This document shows, in pieces, positions 12,559-24,482 of a stretch of 64,000 bases of DNA. The notes below the pieces were generated by a model that saw only the letters and a list, made by a program, of their open reading frames with translations, was not told where the DNA came from and made no database searches. The DNA is from Pristiophorus japonicus. Taxonomy: Eukaryota. The first letter of the stretch is position 1; each line of letters opens with the position of its first letter. The stretch lies in the NCBI RefSeq assembly GCF_044704955.1, contig NW_027254589.1, positions 124,001 to 188,000 of the forward strand, written 5' to 3'. Both the position numbers and the translations under genes were made by a program.

Positions 12559-14112
12559 ATGCCACACAGTGCAAGGACCAAAATTTCTTATAGGAAGAAG
12601 TGGAGGCACCAGTGATTGTGATTGTGATTGAGAACAGATGGCAGGAACTGGACACCAGCAGAGGTCGCATAAAAGTGCCACCAAAAGAAATGAAAAAACG
12701 CTGGAACCAAGTTGCCGAAGATTACTGGACAGTGGTGACCACCATGAGATATGGAGGCCAGTGTAAAAAGAAATGGCAGGACCTTGGTCAAATAGTTAGT
12801 GTCAGCAATATTTTCATTTATTCAATGCAATTGTAAATGTGACCAGCTGTATATGTCCCACCCAGCAGAAAGGCACCCTCTCTAAAAAGTTACATTTTCA
12901 TCTTTGCAGAGGAAGGTGGCACATAATAAAAGGGAAAGAACTCGAACAGGAGGAGGTTCTGCAAATCTGCACCCACTGACACCTTTGGAAGAGAGGGTCG
13001 CTGCTTTGATGGGTCCTGCCTGGAGAAAAGCAATCAGTACTGCACAAGCTGGGCCCACACTCGAGGGAGAAGGTAAGTCCTGCAAGTTCATCGTGGTCCT
13101 TCAAATCAAACTGCTGCCTGGCCTGCGATGTGTGAGCCTGCTCATGCCACCCATCCTGCTCCCTCCTCTGCTGCTAACCATTTGACTGTTCTGTTAAATT
13201 TTGCAGAACTTGAGGCCATCTCTGACGCTGCAGAAGAAGATTCAGACACAGACGAGCCTGAAGAGGAGAACATCTTCCAATCCATCCATGGGGGTGAGTG
13301 GGAGGGGATGGAACTGGATGAAGCTCCCACTGTTGCACTGACTTTGGAGGAGGTGCCGCTCATGGAGGTGACAGCCCTCTTCCATGACTAGCGGTTTGAG
13401 TGTTGATGGGTCATTCCATGGTTTCACATCTTCCGAGGTTGCAGGTCCCAGTGGTATGGTACAGCGAGGCACACCCAGGGCCCCACCGTCCCAGGCTGTG
13501 GGTCCCAGTGGTGGGGTGCGAGCCACACCCATGGAGAGGAGAGCTCAAACATGCTCTCCTGAGGTGCAGGATGTTACCGATGTGGTTCAGATGATGTCAT
13601 TGAGTGCGGAGAGCATTGACTTTACCCGATCATTCCTGGACGCCATCAGTGGGACTGTTGGGGGAAATAACAGCAATGACACGGGAAATGGGAACGATGT
13701 CCGGGATCATCAGTGAGGGAATAGTGGCCATGATGGAGGGAATATCATAGGTAGTGCAAACCACATCACTGACCATGAGGGAGGGAATGTTGCAGGTCGT
13801 TGAGACACTGTCAGGGCGCATGAGGGACGGCATGTTGCAGTTAGCTGCTGCAATAAGGGAACACGCCCAGACCCCGCGTCCATTGACAGGATCAACTGCC
13901 ACTCCCACTCCAATCCCCACACCAGTCTCTGAAGAGCCCAAAGCCGGGCCCTCCAACTTGCCATTGACGCTAACGCCCCCCACCCTCCAGAGATGTGCAG
14001 TACCCGAGATGTTAGAAACAATAAGCTTGGTATCAAGCCCAGAATCATTGCGCCAACCACTGCGGGCAGGTGTAATGGAATGTCCAAGACCAAGCGCAGC
14101 GGGCGGTCTTAG
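12559..14112 (+). pseudogene. Harbinger-associated Myb/SANT-like DNA-binding protein gene, intron-containing, degraded
   Basis: W..VA...R...QCKKKW.DL motif, then RKVAHNKRERTRTGGG after acceptor TTTGCAG (~12909). Donor GTAAGT at 13073, acceptor ~13207, acidic low-complexity tail. Confidence 0.8.
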
Positions 14113-14412
14113 AATAAGGGGGATGAGAGATGGGTGCAGCCTTTCTTTGCTGCTGTTATTATTATCGTTATTGTTGTAATTGTTCTCAAATTAAAAGTTT
14201 TTTGTAAAAGTTATGTAAATTTACAAGTTTTTAAGTGATCTTAAAGAGTGAACTTAAAGAAAAGTTTGATACAAGAATAATTTTCTTATTGTAAACTTTT
14301 GATTAAAATATATTTTACATTAAAACTGGATCACGTTCCATTAACACAACACAAGATTACTGAACAGCTCCAAACAGTAAACATGTCCCGTGGATTAGTT
14401 GTCGCTGAGCCC

Positions 14413-14691
14413 TCAGGCATCAGTAAAGCATTCCCGGATCAGCTGCTGGCCCGCCCTCCTCCGCCATCGTGCTCCATCCTCAGGCACTTGCATGGCTTCC
14501 TCATCCTCGTCGTCCTCCTCCTCCTCCTGCTCGTCACCTGCATCGACCACATCATTATCATCAGCCACTCTCACCGCAGGTGGGTCTTGCACCACCAGGA
14601 GCTGCTGCCTCATGATGGCTAATGTATACAGCATGCAGCACACAACAGTGAACTGACCGACAACATCAAGGGCGTACAGCAAGTAGCCTCT
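14413..14691 (-). pseudogene. Harbinger (HARBI1-like) transposase C-terminal remnant
   Basis: FTVVCCMLYTLA followed by an acidic run and QQLIRECF resembles the CCxLHN...RxxLI..F C-terminus. The catalytic core is missing. Confidence 0.7.
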
Positions 14692-14818
14692 GGAACATCA
14701 GAGTTCATAGGGTGCTGGGTAGGAGGCCTTACCCACCTTGGGTATATTGAACGCCTATCTCGATATACCCGAGGTGGGTAAGGCCTCCTACCCAGCATCC
14801 TATGGGCACTGATGTTCC
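14692..14818. repeat. Palindrome: 59-bp arms, 9-nt loop
   Basis: 14692-14750 is the reverse complement of 14760-14818 with 6 mismatches. Confidence 0.92.
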
Positions 14819-16499
14819 TGATGTAATGAAGTCAAATCAATTGTCCCCTACGTAGCACCAAGATGCAGAAGACTCGCACATTGTATGGCATTGGCAGTAT
14901 TGCCCCCATTCTTAAATTTAACCATTGAAAGAAGCTCAAAACAGCAGGAAAGCAGGCAGCACAGGTTCACAGTTGTATCTCTCCAGGTCTGTATGGATGG
15001 ACCACATCCAAAGGTCTTGTGACTTCTCTTCTTGACCCCCCCCCCCCCCACCCCGCCTTGAGTCTTGTGACTTCTCTCTCTCCCTCCCCCTCCCCGGGCC
15101 TCCAAGCCTTCCGATCGGCACCTCACCCTCTCTCTCTCTCGCCCCCCCCGCCACCCCCAACCTTTACTAATTGTAGTCTTGTGACTTCTCTTTCTCTCCC
15201 TCATGTTCCCTGGGCTCCAAGCCTTTTGATCGGCACCTCGCTCTCTCTCCTCCCCCTCTCTACCCCACGGCTTGTTTTGAAGCCAAACCCTGAGCCACTG
15301 TGTCCGGGAGCGAGGCCAATTCTGCCGGCCAAACCTACGACCCTCCAGCCCTGCTTCAAGACGTTCCCTGGTGGCGTGTGAGTGAGTAAAAAAATGAGAG
15401 AACTTCTGAAATCCAACAAATTTACACTACTTCATTGACAGGTAAAAAAACGTTGAACTTTATTATTGATTTTGACAGTGTTCTTGACTCCCTCCAAAAT
15501 CTTCGATTTAAAAACGATGGCTTCTTTCAGCGCAGATTTGTGAATGTGTCCTGGTTTTCATAACTCGCCAGAAGGTTTTCGGGAGTGGCCAGATACGCCG
15601 ACCTCAGAGAAAAAAATGTTGGCCAAACTGCGAACAATTGAAAAAACCGGTGCAGACATGAGGGAACGTCAAAAAAAGTGGCCTAGAAAAATCGGAGCCA
15701 TGTCAGTTACACTGGCGCAGATCGCAGGGGGAAACTTGGAAAAAATAAATACACCAGAAAAAACAGCGCACACCAAAAAAATGACCAGGGGCAATTGAGC
15801 ACTATGTGTCTCTATCTATACAGCAATCTATATTAAAATTCAGCCACCAGTGGATTTTAAACAGGAATTCTTAAAAGAACATGAACTGATTATATTATAC
15901 AAATATATATTAACTGTCTAAGTGCCGTAGCAAAGTAAAAGCCTCTTTCTTCGCTGAAACCACCTTTAGTGTTTTGAACTTGCCTTGTAGTCAGCAAATA
16001 CACGAGGATGGGTCACAGTGCTTTGAAACATAAACCGCTGGTGAACCAGTGAAAGTGGGTTAACAGCCTCGGGGGCAGGAAGCAGTGGCAGCAAAGGTAA
16101 GAAGGGATATTAGTTCACCAGTGCCAGCTGCTCCCTTCCTTTATTGATTTGTTGCTAGCCCATTCTCTCTCAATTCACCAATGTTGCTGTTAATCCATTC
16201 ATCTGCTGATGTGCCTGCTGCTTCAGGAATTGATTTCCGTGTGTCCATGTCTCTGGAGTTGGTTCAGTTCTCACTGTCCCACTAACTTACTGATTTGTTG
16301 GTATTGCCACTGCTCCCATTTATTCACTGATGCTCACAACTCCATTTGTTTTCTAACCAGAATTTGGGGTTTGCAGTTCTCCGTGTGTTTAATCCGGTCC
16401 GCCAATACTTGGAGAAGCTGGGCTCCCCCTCGCTGTTTGCCGAGTGTGTTTGTGGCTGCACAAATCCAATTGTGGGCTGCAGCCCGACCCATTCAATGA

Positions 16500-16845
16500 G
16501 AACAACTTGTATTTATAGTGCCTTTAACGTAATAAACCCTCACAAGGTGCTTCTCAGGAACGGTATCAGACACAATTTGACACCGAGCCACATAAACAGA
16601 TATTAAGCCAGGTGAAAGGGTCGGGTTTAAGGAGTGACCAAAAGGAAGTAGAGGCGGAGAGGTTTAGGGAGGGAATGCCACAGCTTCGGGCCCAGACAGC
16701 TGAAGGCACGGCCACCAGAATGGTGGGGCGAAGGAAGTGGGGGATGCACAAGAGGCCAGAATTGGAGTGCAGAGTTCCCGGAGGGTTGAAGGGCTGGAGG
16801 AGGTTACAGAGATAGGGAAAGGGCAAGGCCGTGGAGAGATTGTAA
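16500..16845 (-). mobile_element. LINE (L2/CR1-group) 3' fragment
   Basis: Homologous to 5919-6310 (AACAACTTGTATTTATAG...AATTTGACACCGAGCC). Confidence 0.7.
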
Positions 16846-18547
16846 ACTCACTACCTGACTGATTTCATTCCCTCTTGTGGTTGAGACTGAAGTGAGCACT
16901 CGTACCTACCCACCCAACACATTTACAATCACCCAATTGATATTTTTGGCCGAACCGACCCCCCAGACTCTCGTTAGCTGTTGGGCCTTGAGCCTACTTG
17001 GGGCTGATTGGCCTATGTTGCAACCCAGATGAACTCAAAGCACACCCAGGACTCGCTTATCAGGCACTAAACGGCCACCTACGTTTATTTAACGGAACTG
17101 GCGCCAGCACCATTAGCATATTCAAGGGTCCTAGCGCCTGCTTTAGGCGGCCGTTCCGGATGCCTGAAAATCTTCTGGGGCCATTGGATGTTTTCAGGTG
17201 CTCTTGGGGTGAAGGGCAGACCCTGGGAAATTGGTCATTCTTGCTCCTGTTTTCCGTCTGGATAATGGGCGCAATGATGGCCAATTTCTCGCCTAATATT
17301 TCTCCAAAGCAAACAATCTCAGGCTGTTCAAACTCTCCTCATAGCCTCAGGTGCCTGAAGAAAGAAACTTTTCTTTCACAGCCACAGTTCCACGACCTGT
17401 TTTGAAATAACGTTTTCAGTGATTGCCGTCCAACATGATTATTAAGCAATTAATTAATGAGAGGAAGTTGAATAACAGAAGCAAAGACATCCTTGGGGCT
17501 CAGTGCAATAAACCACATTGTGGAGTCTTGCTGGGACCCAAATTCCTCTTTATTTTTACAGCTCAGATTGTAACCAACAGGCCATCTCTTGGAGCAGGGG
17601 TAGTCAGTTAGTAACTCTGCCCTCCCCATATCTCCCAGGAGTTAATGCCCAGTTAATGGACATGTGAGAAACTGTGCAACACCACATATCCCATCCGGCA
17701 TTGCAAACCCGTTTAAAGTAGTTCCAAACATCTGTGTTTTTAAAATATTTTTCTATTTGCGACATTCAGAGTGAAGCATTTTAGAGCCACCGGTTTCTTT
17801 CTCCTTTTTCCCCCTTCACATTTCCTCCCCAACCCCCTCCTTTCCTGAAGGCTTTGCCTCCTTGCTGGGGTCCACTTCCACAAGTGCCGGATGCCTGTTG
17901 GGTTTTGGCCAAATGGCAATGAGTCACACATGAGCCTTGACGATGAGTGTTGGCAGGATTAGACCGTGGGAGGAGTTAAAGAGCTGCCCTCTCCGTTAGC
18001 TGCACATTTGCATTTCTAGTATGGTCACTACATAACGATAAGGAGTGGGAGCCTTGCTCATTCTCACCGAACTCAGAACACTGAGGGCAGCTGCAGGACC
18101 TTGTCGATCCAGACTGAGTTTATCCTGACCTCCCCGGGAGTGGTCACCTGACCCAGAACCACTGGTTCAGCTCCTTACCGCTCAACCATTGCGAAACACG
18201 ATCCGCCAACTCATGCTGAAAACACAGATTAGCTGTGTTTCAAACACATGTTCCTCGTACAGTGTTCTATTACACTCTTCTCTTTAGCTGAGGATTTCTC
18301 TGTAAGGTAACCTTGATTGGGTATGTTTCATGTTGGAGTTTCTGTATTTCAACCAAGTTCAGAAAGAGTTTCTGACATCGGCGGGGGGGGGGGCGGGTGG
18401 GGTTGGGGGGGTGGTGCGGAGATCGTGCCTGGGTGGGGTGGGGGGGCAGATACAGCATAAGATTTACTTCAGCGACTGGTGTGGGTGGGAGGAGCAGGAA
18501 GCTGACCCTCCCCAGCCCCGACCCTCCCCAGTCCGTCCTGCGTGATT

Positions 18548-18707
18548 AAAGTTTCCCCCCTGTGGGTTTGCTACAGAGCACCAGGTCAACACAAGGAGGA
18601 AGGTAGTTTGGTCTATGAATAAATAGGAAGTGTGGTGAGAGCAAGGATGTTGTATTCATGGGTGAGTGCAATCAGCCCAATATAAACTGTAAAAACGCTT
18701 GTGGTTT
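18548..18707 (+). promoter_or_regulatory. Candidate lymphoid promoter/first exon of the V-exon gene
   Basis: kB-like AAAGTTTCCCCCC (18548), overlapping Ets/RUNX AGGAAGTGTGGT (18625-18636), RUNX TGTGGTTT (18700), ATGG|GTGAGT donor at 18661/18662. Motif inference only. Confidence 0.3.
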
Positions 18708-18949
18708 AGAGACAGAGATGGTCGGTGTAATGTGTGACTGCTCCTTAATCTAATATGTTGAGGAAACAATGCTCATCTTGATCTGATCATCAATGACCCA
18801 GGACATGTACAGGGAATGGAAGTCACTAAACCTCAGGGGCAGCACCTGCAGAATGATAAAGTTCAACATGATCTGGGAGTCACAACGACCCACGACCCGG
18901 AGCCAGAAACAGAATCTGGGATTGTCCCATCCCCAGGCTTTCTGCCTCC

Positions 18950-20830
18950 TCCCCCGATCGCGTTCACCTCGGCCCCCCCTCCCCAGACCGTGTTCACCTC
19001 GGCCCCCCCTCCCCCGACCGTGTTCACCTCGGCCCCCTCCCGTGTTCACCTCGGCCCCCCCCCTCCCCCGACCGTGTTCACCTCGGCCCCCTCCCGTGTT
19101 CACCTCGGCCCCCCCACTCCCCCGACCGTGTTCACCTCGGCCCCCCCACTCCCCCGACCGTGTTCACCTCGGCCCCTCCCTCCCCCGACCGTGTTCACCT
19201 CGGCCCCCCCTCCCCCGACCGTGTTCACCTCGGCCCCCCCCCTCCCCCGACCGTGTTCACCTCGGCCCCCTCCCCCGACCGTGTTCAACTCGGCCCCCCC
19301 TCCCCCGACCGTGTTCACCTCGGCCCCCTCCCCCGACCGTGTTCACCTCGGCCCCCCCCTCCCCCGACCGTGTTCACCTCGGCCCCTCCTCCCCCGACCG
19401 TGTTCACCTCGGCCCCTCCCTCCCCCGACCGTGTTCACCTCGGCCCCCCCCCTCCCCCGACCGTGTTCACCTCGGCCCCCCCCCTCCCCCGACCGTGTTC
19501 ACCTCGGCCCCTCCCTCCCCCGACCGTGTTCACCTCGGCCCCCTCCCCCGACCGTGTTCACCTCGGCCCCCCCCCCTCCCCCGACCGTGTTCACCTCGGC
19601 CCCCCCTCCCCCGACCGTGTTCACCTCGGCCCCCCCTCCCCCGACCGTGTTCACCTCGGCCCCCCCTCCCCCGACCGTGTTCACCTCGGCCCCTCCCTCC
19701 CCCGACCGTGTTCACCTCGGCCCCCCCCTCCCCCGACCGTGTTCACCTCGGCCCCCCCCCCTCCCCCGACCGTGTTCACCTCGGCCCCTCCCTCCCCCGA
19801 CCGTGTTCACCTCGGCCCCCTCCCCCGACCGTGTTCACCTCGGCCCCCCCCCCTCCCCCGACCGTGTTCACCTCGGCCCCCCCTCCCCCGACCGTGTTCA
19901 CCTCGGCCCCCCCTCCCCCGACCGTGTTCACCTCGGCCCCCCCCTCCCCCGACCGTGTTCACCTCGGCCCCCCCCCTCCCCCGACCGTGTTCAACTCGGC
20001 CCCTCCCCCGACCGTGTTCACCTCGGCCCCTCCCTCCCCCGACCGTGTTCACCTCGGCCCCCCCTCCCCCGACCGTGTTCACCTCGGCCCCCCCCTCCCC
20101 CGACCGTGTTCACCTCGGCCCCCTCCCCCGACCGTGTTCAACTCGGCCCCCCCTCCCCCGACCGTGTTCACCTCGGCCCCCTCCCCCGACCGTGTTCACC
20201 TCGGCCCCCCCCTCCCCCGACCGTGTTCACCTCGGCCCCCCCTCCCCCGACCGTGTTCACCTCGGCCCCTCCCTCCCCCGACCGTGTTCACCTCGGCCCC
20301 CCCCTCCCCCGACCGTGTTCACCTCGGCCCCCCCCCTCCCCCGACCGTGTTCACCTCGGCCCCTCCCTCCCCCGACCGTGTTCACCTCGGCCCCCTCCCC
20401 CGACCGTGTTCACCTCGGCCCCCCCCTCCCCCGACCGTGTTCACCTCGGCCCCCCCTCCCCCGACCGTGTTCACCTCGGCCCCCCCTCCCCCGACCGTGT
20501 TCACCTCGGCCCCCCCTCCCCCGACCGTGTTCACCTCGGCCCCTCCCTCCCCCGACCGTGTTCACCTCGGCCCCCCCCCTCCCCCGACCGTGTTCACCTC
20601 GGCCCCTCCCTCCCCCGACCGTGTTCACCTCGGCCCCCTCCCCCGACCGTGTTCACCTCGGCCCCCCCCCTCCCCCGACCGTGTTCACCTCGGCCCCCCC
20701 TCCCCCGACGGTGTTCAACTCGGCCCCCCCCTCCCCCGACCGTGTTCACCTTGGGCCCCCTTCCCCGACCGTGTTCAGCTCAGGCCCCCGCCTCTCTCCT
20801 GACCATGTTCACCTCGGGTCCCTCCCCCAG
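18950..20830. repeat. C-rich minisatellite, ~29-34 bp unit, core CCGACCGTGTTCACCTCGG plus variable C tracts
   Basis: About 60 direct tandem copies visible. Confidence 0.97.
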
Positions 20831-22067
20831 ACCACTTACCCAATGCTGGGAGTCTTCCTTCGCCACAGTTAAATCCAGCCCGATGATCTCTGTTACCTGT
20901 CTCCGCCGTTTTATTGCTGCTGTTCCTTAGTCTCTTTGGTGCTTGTCTCTTTTTCTCTTCTGTTTTGCCTCTCTCTCCTCGTCTTCTTTTGTTTCTCGCT
21001 CTGTTCTGCTTCTCTTTGTCTGTCTTGCTTCCTTGCTTTCGGATGAGAAGCAGTGATCCCACCACCGCTGCTGGGGAATTTAAATTCAGTTAGTAAATAA
21101 ATCTGGAATAAAAAACTATTATCAGTAATGGTGACCATGAAACTACTGGATTGTCATAAAAACCCATCTGGTCCACGAATGTTCTTTAGGGAAGGGAATC
21201 GGCCTCCCTTATGCTGACTGATATGTGACTCCAGATCCACAGTCCTCTTAACTGCCCTCTGAAATACCGCGCCCCCCCCCCTCCCCCCCAGCAAGCCTCT
21301 CAGTTGTATAAGGTGGCTCACCACCTTCTTCTCTAAGGAAATTAAGTGTGGGCAATACATTCTGTGAGTGAATAAATCAAAACAAATATTGTAAGTAAAA
21401 AAACAGGAGGCACCCGTGCTCCAGGGGAAGGACAGTACGTGTTGTGGGGTAGGTAAAGCAAACCCAGAACAATACTTTCAGATATAACCAGGGCGGGAGG
21501 GCACAGTCAGGATTGTAAAGGCCAAGTTCAGGACTCAGTTATTTGAAGACGGTGATCAAAAGCTGGAACAGGTTCCCAGGCGAGGCCAGAACACGGGACA
21601 GGTTTACAAACCGCTGGACGCTGCAATGGGACGATGGTAGCATTGGAATTCTGGAAGGATGAGATGAAGTGGACCGAGAGCCTTCTGTATCTGAACCTAC
21701 ATCAGAATCTTGTATTGGGTATCGCAAAATATTACTAAAACTGGCAACTTTTTCCTGATTTTCTGATCCTTTTAATACCAACCTCTGTGGTAAAGGCAGC
21801 AAAGAACATATCCACAGCAGGAGTTCTGAGTTCAGTTGCAGTGTGTGTGTTTTTGGGCTGCCTGTTCACACTGGGATTGTTGGTCAGTACAGGGCAATGT
21901 GGGACAGCTAAGCTCAGGATATGTTTGAACAACTCGGCTACAAATTACTGATAATACACAATATCCATTCGCAAACAGACAGGAGATTTTATAATCGCTT
22001 CGGCTTCAAGTTATTACTTTATGTGGTTCCTCATCTCTTCTGATCATCAGTTATTTATTATTCACAG

Positions 22068-22421
22068 GTCTAAAGGCAAGTCCGGTTCTTATCCAGTCCC
22101 CAGAAGTTATGACTGTGCCCGAGGGTGGGACGGTGCAGTTTCGATGTACCTTGGAGAGAAGCAAAGTGCAATACAGTGTGGACAGATATGATGTACACTG
22201 GTTCCTCTCACAAGATAGGAATCACAAAATACTTACTCATTATGCAGATGGCAGGGTTGACCGATCACAAGGTGTCTCTGAGCGGTTTCAGCTTTCCAGA
22301 GATGTTGCCAGTAACAGCTACATTCTGACCATCAGAGGCGTGCAGCACAGAGACAGCGCGGTCTATATCTGTGGTATTTGGAGAAGAATCTATGGAAATG
22401 GAACCCCATTGAATGTAACCA
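22068..22421 (+). CDS. Ig V-set exon V1 (germline-joined VJ)
   Basis: Acceptor TTCACAG, donor GTAAGT at 22422. SPVLIQSP..PEGGTVQFRC..DVHW..ERFQLSRD..YILTI..DSAVYICGIWRRIYGNGTPLNVT, with canonical Cys/Trp/Cys. Confidence 0.92.
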
Positions 22422-22740
22422 GTAAGTACCTTCTATATTATATCAGTTTTCTATCTAATAATGTTACAATACCAACATCTCATGTTTAAAAATGTTGTAC
22501 AATGTTGCCACTTTTACAGTAACAACACTGAGTGGAAGTTCTAAGCATAGAATAGAGGGTGAAATCTGGGCCAAACTCAATTTGTTTTTAATTGAACAAA
22601 AACATGTGAGCACATGGTGGGAAAAAACTCTCACACACAGGATTAAATGGTAAAATACATCTTGAAGGAAAAATGCAATAATAGGAATAACAGACACCTA
22701 ACTGATAAAATCAGGACTTTGACAGGGTAAATGTATAAAA

Positions 22741-23575
22741 CATCATATCATCATCATCATAGGCAATCTCTTGGAATCGAGGAAGACTTGCTTCCACTCT
22801 TAAAATGAGACCTTCCGTGGCTGAACAGCCCAATACGAGAATCACAGACCCTGTCACAGGTGGGACAGATAGTCGTTGAGGGTAAGGGAGGGTGGGACAG
22901 GTTTGCCACACGCTCTTTCCATTGCCTGCGCTTGATTTCTGCATGCTCTCGGCGATGAGACTCGAGGTGGACAGGAGTTCCCAATATAGTGCTTGCTTTA
23001 GGAGTCTCGTGTCTGGCATGCGGACCATGTGGCCTGCCCAGCGGAGCTGATCAAGTGTGGTCAGTGCTTCAATGCTGGGGATGTTGCCCTGGTCGAGGAC
23101 ACTAATGTTTGTGTGTCTGTCCCCCCAGGGGATTTGTAGGATCTTGCGGAGACATCGTTGGTGGTATTTCACCAGCGACTTGAGGGGTCTACTGTACATG
23201 GTCCATGTCTCTCAGCCACACGGGAGGGCGCGTATAGCCCTGTAGACCAAGGGCTTAGTGGCAGATTTGAGGGCCTGGTCTTCGAACACACTTTTCCTCA
23301 GGCAGCCGAAGGCTGCACTGGCGCACTGGAGGCGGTGTTGAATCTTGTCGTCAATGTCTGTTTTTGTTGATAAGAGGCTCCCAAGGTATGGGAAATGATC
23401 CACCTTGTCCAGGGTTGCGCTGTGGATCTTGATGACTGGGGGACAGTGCTGTGCGGCGAGGACAGGCTGGTGGAGGACCTTTGTCTTATGGATGTTTAGC
23501 GGTAGGCCCATGCTTTCGTACGCCTCAGTAAATATGTCGACTATGTCCTGGAGTTCAGCCTCTGTATGTGCGCAG
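22741..23575 (-). mobile_element. RTE-clade LINE 3' fragment
   Basis: FPYLGS, IPSIEALTTLDQLRWAGHMVRMPDTRL motifs and a (GAT)n tail. Confidence 0.88.
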
Positions 23576-23799
23576 TCACATCTCTTAGTGACCAAATCTG
23601 CACTCATCAATACAAACAAATGACCTCTCGACACTTTCCAAGATGCAATAAACCATCCTTCAGCTTGCTAATGTAATTCAGGAATGTGCAATCGGCTTTC
23701 TGAATGGCTGGGCGGCAAAGAACAGCGTCTTGTTTTGGAGTTGAAAGCCAGAAACTATTTAATAATGGTGTCCCGTGAGATTCTCTTCCATGGGCCTGC

Positions 23800-24482
23800 A
23801 ATGTACCCAATACACACAGACTGTACTGTGTCTGGAATGTGCCCAATACACACAGACTGCAGTGGGTCTGGAATGTGCCCAATACACACAGACTGTAGTG
23901 GGTCTGGAATGTACCCAATACACACAGACTGTAGTGGGTCTGGAATGTACCCAATACACACAGACTGTAGTGGTTCTGGAATGTACCCAATACACACAGA
24001 CTGTAGTGGGTCTGGAATGTACCCAATACACACAGACTGTGGTGGGTCTGGAATGTACCCAATACACACAGACTGTAGTGGGTCTGGAATATACCCAATA
24101 AACACAGACTGTAGTGGGTCTGGAATGTGCCCAATACACACAGACTGTAGTGGGTCTGGAATGTACCCAATACACACAGACTGTAGTGGGTCTGGAATGT
24201 ACCCAATACACACAGACTGTAGTGGGTCTGGAATGTACCCAATACACACAGACTGTAGTGGGTCTGGAATGTGCCCAATACACACAGACTGTAGTGGGCC
24301 TGGAATGTGCCCAATACACACAGACTGTAGTGGGTCTGGAATGTACCCAATACACACAGACTGTAGTGGGTCTGGAATGTGCCCAATACACACAGACTGT
24401 AGTGGGCCTGGAATGTGCCCAATACACACAGACTGTAGTGGGCCTGGAATGTGCCCAATACACACAGACTGTAGTGGGTCTG
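23800..24482. repeat. 33-bp minisatellite (~21 copies)
   Basis: Unit CTGGAATGT(A/G)CCCAATACACACAGACTGTAGTGGGT-like, head-to-tail with no spacers. Confidence 0.97.

Larger units (their letters stand above)
7562..15802. mobile_element. PIF/Harbinger-type DNA transposon (defective), hosting Gypsy copy 2
   Basis: Imperfect TIRs GGGCTCAATTTTCCCC (7562) and GGGGCAATTGAGCAC (ends 15802), 3-bp TSD TAT/TAT. Contains convergent Myb/SANT-like and transposase remnants. Confidence 0.8.

Noticed and set aside
16081-18312. Isolated donors (AAG|GTAAGA at 16097; TAAG|GTAACC at ~18307) as upstream exons
   Set aside because: No compatible leader frame; such motifs are common by chance.
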